NCBI GenBank assembly: GCA_050949045.1
Contig: JBMNEZ010000001.1
Span: 352,001 to 416,000 of the forward strand
DNA length: 64,000 nucleotides
Reading direction: 5' to 3'
Origin: Candidatus Izemoplasmatales bacterium
GTDB lineage: Bacteria; Bacillota_I; Bacilli_A; Izemoplasmatales; Hujiaoplasmataceae
Shown here: one piece after another, positions 59,171 through 64,000 of the stretch
Layout: the number at the start of each line of letters is the position of its first letter
How positions within the stretch are numbered: position 1 is the stretch's first letter
Position numbers and translations under genes: made by a program
Notes under the pieces: generated by a model
What the model was told of the DNA's origin: nothing
The model's input: the letters and a program-made list of their open reading frames with translations, nothing else
Databases searched by the model: none

Positions 59171-61098
59171 TGATGACAATATTTAAAAAAATATTCTATT
59201 TTGGCATTGCCTTATTGTTGGTCTTAGGCTTTTCCGCATGCAAGGAAGAGACGACCACAGCCAAAACCACATCCGCGATCACTACCGATCCGCTCACTTC
59301 AAATACGACCGATACAAAAAGTGTCACGACGGCTTTCCCCGTCTTCGACGGACATGTTACTTACCGGGCCGATCATATCCGAACCTTCGGGAGCGGCACT
59401 CCCGCAGGGACTGTCAATTATGACAGTGTGAATGACACCGCCATCATCTGGAACACCGATGCCAGTTTGGATAACTACGGCGGGATCCAGACTCCGATTC
59501 TCAAGCTTGATTTTGCCAAGGCGGTCATCTTCCAGATGGAAGTGGAAGCGGTCTATAGCGAATACATCGTCAAACTCTCTGTCGAAGGTGAGAGCGAGTC
59601 CTATTATGTAATCTCCGACGAGCCTAGACTCGGATTCATCTCGATCAACGTCGTCGATGCGATGCTTTCTAAAAAATACCAAGAAAGAGTGACAATGCCC
59701 GATCCCGGCTACCGGAACGGTTGGAAGTATGACGGCGAGATCAAAAACTGCTCGTTCCAGATTCTCGCCAAGGGACCTGACGGCGAGCGCCAGACAGCTG
59801 AGTTGATAATCAAATCGATTTCGATCTACAACGATCTTGACGCAATCGAAAAGATCGCAATCGAATCAAGCGAAATCGTCGATGGCAAGATCGAGAAACT
59901 TAAAGGCAGCGGTCCTATCCAGCTTTCAAGCTCACTTACACCTGGCAGTGGTGCCGGTGAGGAAGTGTTCTGGTCAGTGCTTGACGAGGACGTCGCAACC
60001 ATCACCGAAAGCGGGCTTCTCAGTTTCATCGGCGTTGGCAGGACTTATGTCAAAGTCATTTCCGCGATCGACCAAAGTAAGGAAGACCTTGTGGAGGTCA
60101 ATGTCCTGAGCGGCTATGAAATTGAAAATGAGCTTGTAGAAAGGCTTGATGAACTCACTTATGGCGGCGCAACAACCGATGCGGAAACTTTCCTCGATCT
60201 CTTCAAGACCACTTGGCGAACCGATCCCATCCAAGGCATCGATCTTGAAGGACACGCTTTCCTTAAGGTAAGATCGACGAGTCTTGATACCATCATCGAA
60301 AACTATTTTGATGAAGACAATTCCGATCACATCGCGATCGCGAGTTCTGATTTGATAGCCGGCAAGGAAGCGGTCCATGATTTGGCCCTTGATGTCGAAA
60401 CGCCGGTAACTGTCTATTGGCTTCAAGACGGAAAACTTCAAAAAAAGGAAGCTGCGACCAGCATTCCCTTGGTCTACGCCACTTATCAATCCGCTTATCA
60501 AAAACAACTAACCTATTCGATCCGAATCATCACCGTCACGGGTTCAAACGAGGCAAGGAAGATTGAACTCACTGTTCAGTCTTCAACGCTTCTTAAAGAA
60601 TATGAGCCATCTGACTTTCTAGACCAAGATCAATGGATCGTTCCCGATCGCACCAAACAAGCTCTTGATCCCATCGTCCATCAATTGAGTCCGGGCGAAG
60701 CTTCTTTGGTTGATGGAGTATTGAACCTCAAGCAGAACAAGTATCCCGATGCCAAGTATTGTTTCGGCGGCATCGCAAGCGAAGTGATCCATTCGCAAAC
60801 GACAGACCTGGTCGAGATCGTCCTCGACGTGGCTTCGATCAACCAGCTGAATGACTATGTGAAGACGATGTGGGAGGTAAAAATTCTCTATTTCTATGAC
60901 GTAGAGGCAAAGTTAGCCGTCAGTTCGAACCCCTTGAAACTCGCCTCCGGGAACACTCCCGGTTTGCATTCATTCACCTTTACCCCGGCTCATCAGTATT
61001 ACAGACTCTACCTAGTCGCCAACGGCAGCGATATCGGCGCCCAGTTTTCCGGCGCCACCATTCAGGTGGCGTCGCTCAAAGTCCAAGTTCTGGACTAG
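59170..61098 (+). CDS. Lipoprotein with bacterial Ig-like domain
   Basis: Lipobox GFSAC, Thr-rich linker, Big_2-like segment VFWSVLDEDVATITESGLL...G..YVKV. Confidence 0.7.
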   Translation: MMTIFKKIFYFGIALLLVLGFSACKEETTTAKTTSAITTDPLTSNTTDTKSVTTAFPVFDGHVTYRADHIRTFGSGTPAGTVNYDSVNDTAIIWNTDASLDNYGGIQTPILKLDFAKAVIFQMEVEAVYSEYIVKLSVEGESESYYVISDEPRLGFISINVVDAMLSKKYQERVTMPDPGYRNGWKYDGEIKNCSFQILAKGPDGERQTAELIIKSISIYNDLDAIEKIAIESSEIVDGKIEKLKGSGPIQLSSSLTPGSGAGEEVFWSVLDEDVATITESGLLSFIGVGRTYVKVISAIDQSKEDLVEVNVLSGYEIENELVERLDELTYGGATTDAETFLDLFKTTWRTDPIQGIDLEGHAFLKVRSTSLDTIIENYFDEDNSDHIAIASSDLIAGKEAVHDLALDVETPVTVYWLQDGKLQKKEAATSIPLVYATYQSAYQKQLTYSIRIITVTGSNEARKIELTVQSSTLLKEYEPSDFLDQDQWIVPDRTKQALDPIVHQLSPGEASLVDGVLNLKQNKYPDAKYCFGGIASEVIHSQTTDLVEIVLDVASINQLNDYVKTMWEVKILYFYDVEAKLAVSSNPLKLASGNTPGLHSFTFTPAHQYYRLYLVANGSDIGAQFSGATIQVASLKVQVLD

Positions 61099-61109
61099 AA
61101 AGGAAACCG

Positions 61110-62144
61110 ATGCGGAAATTTCTTCTCCTTGAACCATCAGCCTTAAAACCCACAAGACCCGATTTCGAAGTGATCGGTGTTTTCAACCCGGCGATCACGA
61201 AATTCAATGATCAATACATCATGATCGCAAGAGTCGCCGAAAGGGCGATTCAGAGCGATCCGGACAACTATCTTTTGCCGCATTACGAGCATAACAAGGG
61301 CATTTGTCTCAGAAAAGTGCCGATAGGCGCAAAGGACTTTGATTACTCTGATTGTCGGATCGTGAAAAACCACGAGGCGACCTATCTCACTTCGATATCG
61401 CATCTGAGGATCCTGAGAAGCGATAACGGCATCGATTTCGATCCTGACAGCGCCTCCTTGATCTTCCCCGACAACATCTACGAGGAATATGGGATCGAGG
61501 ATCCCAGGGTCACCAAGATCGGCGATACCTACTATCTGACTTTCACCGCTGTCAGTTCGAATGGCATCAATGTCCGCTTGATGAGCACCAAGGATTTTTT
61601 GAAGTTCAAAAGACTCGGAAACATCTTTCATTCCGATAACAAGGATGCGGTGATCTTTCCCGAAAAGATCAAAGGCAAGTACTATGCCCTCCATCGCCCG
61701 AGCATCTCCCAGTTCGCAAGACTCGACATCTGGATGGCGACGAGCGACAACCTGACCGACTGGGGGAACCATCAGGTATTAAAAGACGCCAGGATCGACT
61801 ACAAAGAAAGCGCCCGGATCGGAGCGGGAGCCGTTCCCTTTCTAACAGATCAGGGCTGGCTGGTGATCTATCATTCGACTGATAAACTCCACCGTTATCA
61901 CTTGACGGCGATGCTCCTTGATAAGGACGATCCTCACAAGGTGCTTATGCGAAGCAAAGCCCCCTTGATTGAGCCAACGGAAGCATATGAAAAAAGAGGC
62001 TTTGTGAACGATGTCGTCTTCACCTGCGGTTTGATCCGAAATGAAGAAGAAGTCCTCCTCTACTACGGCGCTTGTGACGAAAGGGTCTGTCTATGCAAAA
62101 TGACGCTTTCGGAGATCATGGCCAATCTCAAGGAGGTGCGCTAA
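61110..62144 (+). CDS. GH130 glycoside phosphorylase, beta-1,2-mannoside phosphorylase-like
   Basis: FEVIGVFNPA, RVAE, YLTSISHLRI, YGIEDPRVT, NKDAVIFPEKI..YYALHRP, VVFTCG, YYGACD. Confidence 0.9.
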   Translation: MRKFLLLEPSALKPTRPDFEVIGVFNPAITKFNDQYIMIARVAERAIQSDPDNYLLPHYEHNKGICLRKVPIGAKDFDYSDCRIVKNHEATYLTSISHLRILRSDNGIDFDPDSASLIFPDNIYEEYGIEDPRVTKIGDTYYLTFTAVSSNGINVRLMSTKDFLKFKRLGNIFHSDNKDAVIFPEKIKGKYYALHRPSISQFARLDIWMATSDNLTDWGNHQVLKDARIDYKESARIGAGAVPFLTDQGWLVIYHSTDKLHRYHLTAMLLDKDDPHKVLMRSKAPLIEPTEAYEKRGFVNDVVFTCGLIRNEEEVLLYYGACDERVCLCKMTLSEIMANLKEVR

Positions 62145-63469
62145 TGAAAAGACTGTGGAAGTTGTTCTTGTTGGCGCTTGTCGCAGTGCTCCTTGGTTTT
62201 CCGCTTCTCGCATGCAAGCCTGAGACCGGCGCTCTCAAGATCGCCCTCGACATCGAGGATGAGGGCCGCTACGATGAATTGTTCGCATACTTCGAAGCGA
62301 AAACCGGGATCGCGGTCGAAGCCACCTACGGCCAGGATCTCTCCAAGTTGATCGGCACCGCGCATGAGCCCGACATCATCAAGACTTCAACCGTCGTGGT
62401 CTTGTCGATGCAGCCGAGTCTATATGATCTCACCGAGATGATCGAAGCCGATCCCGATATCAGCCCCGATCTGTATCTTGATCCGGTGATCGAGGCCTTG
62501 ACGATCGATGGCAGGATTTATGCTCTCCCGACATCGATCAACACTTCGCTTCTTTACTATAACAAAACAATGTTCGATGCCAAGGCCGCTGAACTCAGAA
62601 CGGCTTTCGGACTTGATGAAGATGAATCGGTCTATCCGAGAGCCGACTGGACCTATTCTGACTTCGTACTGGCCGGTGTCACGCTTTCCGAATACACCGT
62701 CTTGCCGGATACAAAAAGGGTCTATACCAAGTTTGGCGCCGAGACCCAGCTCAACTGGTGGGGCGAATGGTTGGTCTATGTGAACCAGCTGGGCGGAAGT
62801 TTCTATGAGGAAGGTTCAAACAACCATGCCGTCGACCTCACTTCGCCCCAAGTGATCGAAGCCACGACCTTCTACCGTAACAAATCAATGGGAGATGAAA
62901 CACAGAAATTCGCTCCCGACGCCGTTGAGGCCGCCTCAGCGTTCTCGTTCCTGAATGGCAACGTGGCGATGATCTTCGGCGGCCACATGGGCGACTGGTT
63001 CAGCTATGACATCTTGGAACTCGATTGGGATATCCAGGTGCTCCCAAGACCTGATGATTATCCAAATGCCCCAAGCGGCGAAATTGCCGCCGATGCTTTC
63101 GGCATCTCGGTCAGAAGCACGAAAAAAGCCGATGCGTTTTTATTCCTCAAGCTTTGGGCAGGACCGGAAGGCGCTCTCAAAATGTATGAATACGGCAAGG
63201 TCGGCGCTTTGAAGAATATGGAAGAACTGATTGCCGGCTTGCCGGAAAGCAAGCAGAAAGACATCAATATCGCGGCCGTCTTCGACGCCGCTGAAACAGC
63301 ATACACCCTTCCCCGTGAAAAAGATTTTTCCAAGGTCATGCGGGAAATGGTGATGACCGAACTCTACCGGTTGATGTTTTCCGGAAGAGGTTCGAGTGAT
63401 GACATCGAAGCAGTATTGGCATTGATCAAGACTAATGTCGACAACTACTATGCGGGACTTTACGATTAA
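62144..63469 (+). CDS. Carbohydrate ABC transporter substrate-binding lipoprotein
   Basis: Lipobox LLAC, DGRIYALP..INTSLLYYNK.MF, FLNGNVAM. Confidence 0.9.
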   Translation: MKRLWKLFLLALVAVLLGFPLLACKPETGALKIALDIEDEGRYDELFAYFEAKTGIAVEATYGQDLSKLIGTAHEPDIIKTSTVVVLSMQPSLYDLTEMIEADPDISPDLYLDPVIEALTIDGRIYALPTSINTSLLYYNKTMFDAKAAELRTAFGLDEDESVYPRADWTYSDFVLAGVTLSEYTVLPDTKRVYTKFGAETQLNWWGEWLVYVNQLGGSFYEEGSNNHAVDLTSPQVIEATTFYRNKSMGDETQKFAPDAVEAASAFSFLNGNVAMIFGGHMGDWFSYDILELDWDIQVLPRPDDYPNAPSGEIAADAFGISVRSTKKADAFLFLKLWAGPEGALKMYEYGKVGALKNMEELIAGLPESKQKDINIAAVFDAAETAYTLPREKDFSKVMREMVMTELYRLMFSGRGSSDDIEAVLALIKTNVDNYYAGLYD

Positions 63470-63483
63470 GGGGAACAAAAGCG

Positions 63484-64000
63484 ATGAACAAGAAGAATTT
63501 CCGGAAAAACTTTAACAAAGACTACAAATATTTCTTATCTTTCGCCGGGATCGCGATTCTTGGTTTTTTGCTCTTCTATCTTTATCCGATCATAAGAACT
63601 TTGATGCTCAGTTTCACCGACAAGACCATCTATTCTCTGGAGACTACGTTTGTCGGTTGGGACAATTACACCTACGCCTTGTTCGAAGACCCCTTGTTTT
63701 TCAAGTCGATCTCGTTATCTTTGATCTTTGCCCTAGTTAGCGGGGTTCTGGTCCTATCAACCTCATTGATCCTCGCATTGCTCTTAAATACCAAGATCAA
63801 AGGCATCGGTATCTTTAGGACCATCTATTTTCTGCCTTTCATCATTCCCTCGTTTGCGGTCGGAGCCGTCTATAAGAACGTCTTCAACCCCACCTCGGGA
63901 ATAATTAACAAAATCCTCCAACTAATTGGCGTCCAGAATCCTCCCTTATGGTATATCTCTCCGGAGACCGCGCTTGTGACGATGATCATCATCAGTGCCT
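63484..64000 (+). CDS. Carbohydrate ABC transporter permease (runs off window)
   Basis: Open frame with FVGWDNY...DPLFFKSI, LALLLN..KGIGIFRTIYFLP, GIINKIL. Confidence 0.88.
   Translation, partial: MNKKNFRKNFNKDYKYFLSFAGIAILGFLLFYLYPIIRTLMLSFTDKTIYSLETTFVGWDNYTYALFEDPLFFKSISLSLIFALVSGVLVLSTSLILALLLNTKIKGIGIFRTIYFLPFIIPSFAVGAVYKNVFNPTSGIINKILQLIGVQNPPLWYISPETALVTMIIISA

Noticed and set aside
1..64000. CRISPR arrays, IS elements, prophage genes and the many short antisense ORFs
   Set aside because: No regularly spaced repeats or transposase/phage motifs were seen. The antisense ORFs shadow well-supported genes.

Overview
A 64-kb chromosomal window of a Gram-positive-type bacterium using genetic code 11. 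TGA is used as a stop, Shine-Dalgarno sites are GGAGG/GAGGTG, and many promoters have TGnTATAAT extended -10 elements. Gene content and Thr-rich lipoprotein linkers suggest a basal Mollicutes/Bacilli lineage such as Izemoplasmatales (inference only). Region 1-26 kb is mostly housekeeping: argS 3' end, a heterodimeric ABC exporter, tRNA-Leu(CAA), an ECF sigma/anti-sigma pair, a DUF1624 acyltransferase with acyl-CoA ligase and TetR, a multi-TM protein with a YjbR-like tail, a Fic protein with His->Tyr at the catalytic site, lplA-gcvTHPAPB-cvpA, flavodoxin-ispG, a divergent PTS enzyme I, alkA, DegV and a SecB-like protein. Region 26.5-41.1 kb is surface-glycan cluster 1: priming transferase, TviB/TviC-like enzymes, deacetylase, FemABX-like protein, MurJ and three tandem O-antigen-ligase-family genes, one fused to a GT4. 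Region 42-55.8 kb is a much more AT-rich glycan cluster 2, headed by a wHTH-Rossmann regulator with two palindromic operators and containing a TupA-like pseudogene plus an intact copy. Region 55.9-64 kb is a LacI-controlled carbohydrate-utilisation locus with two uncharacterised lipoproteins, a GH130 beta-1,2-mannoside phosphorylase-like enzyme and a sugar ABC transporter. No CRISPR array, rRNA, integrase or transposase was seen. All family assignments come from motif recognition by eye, not from database searches.
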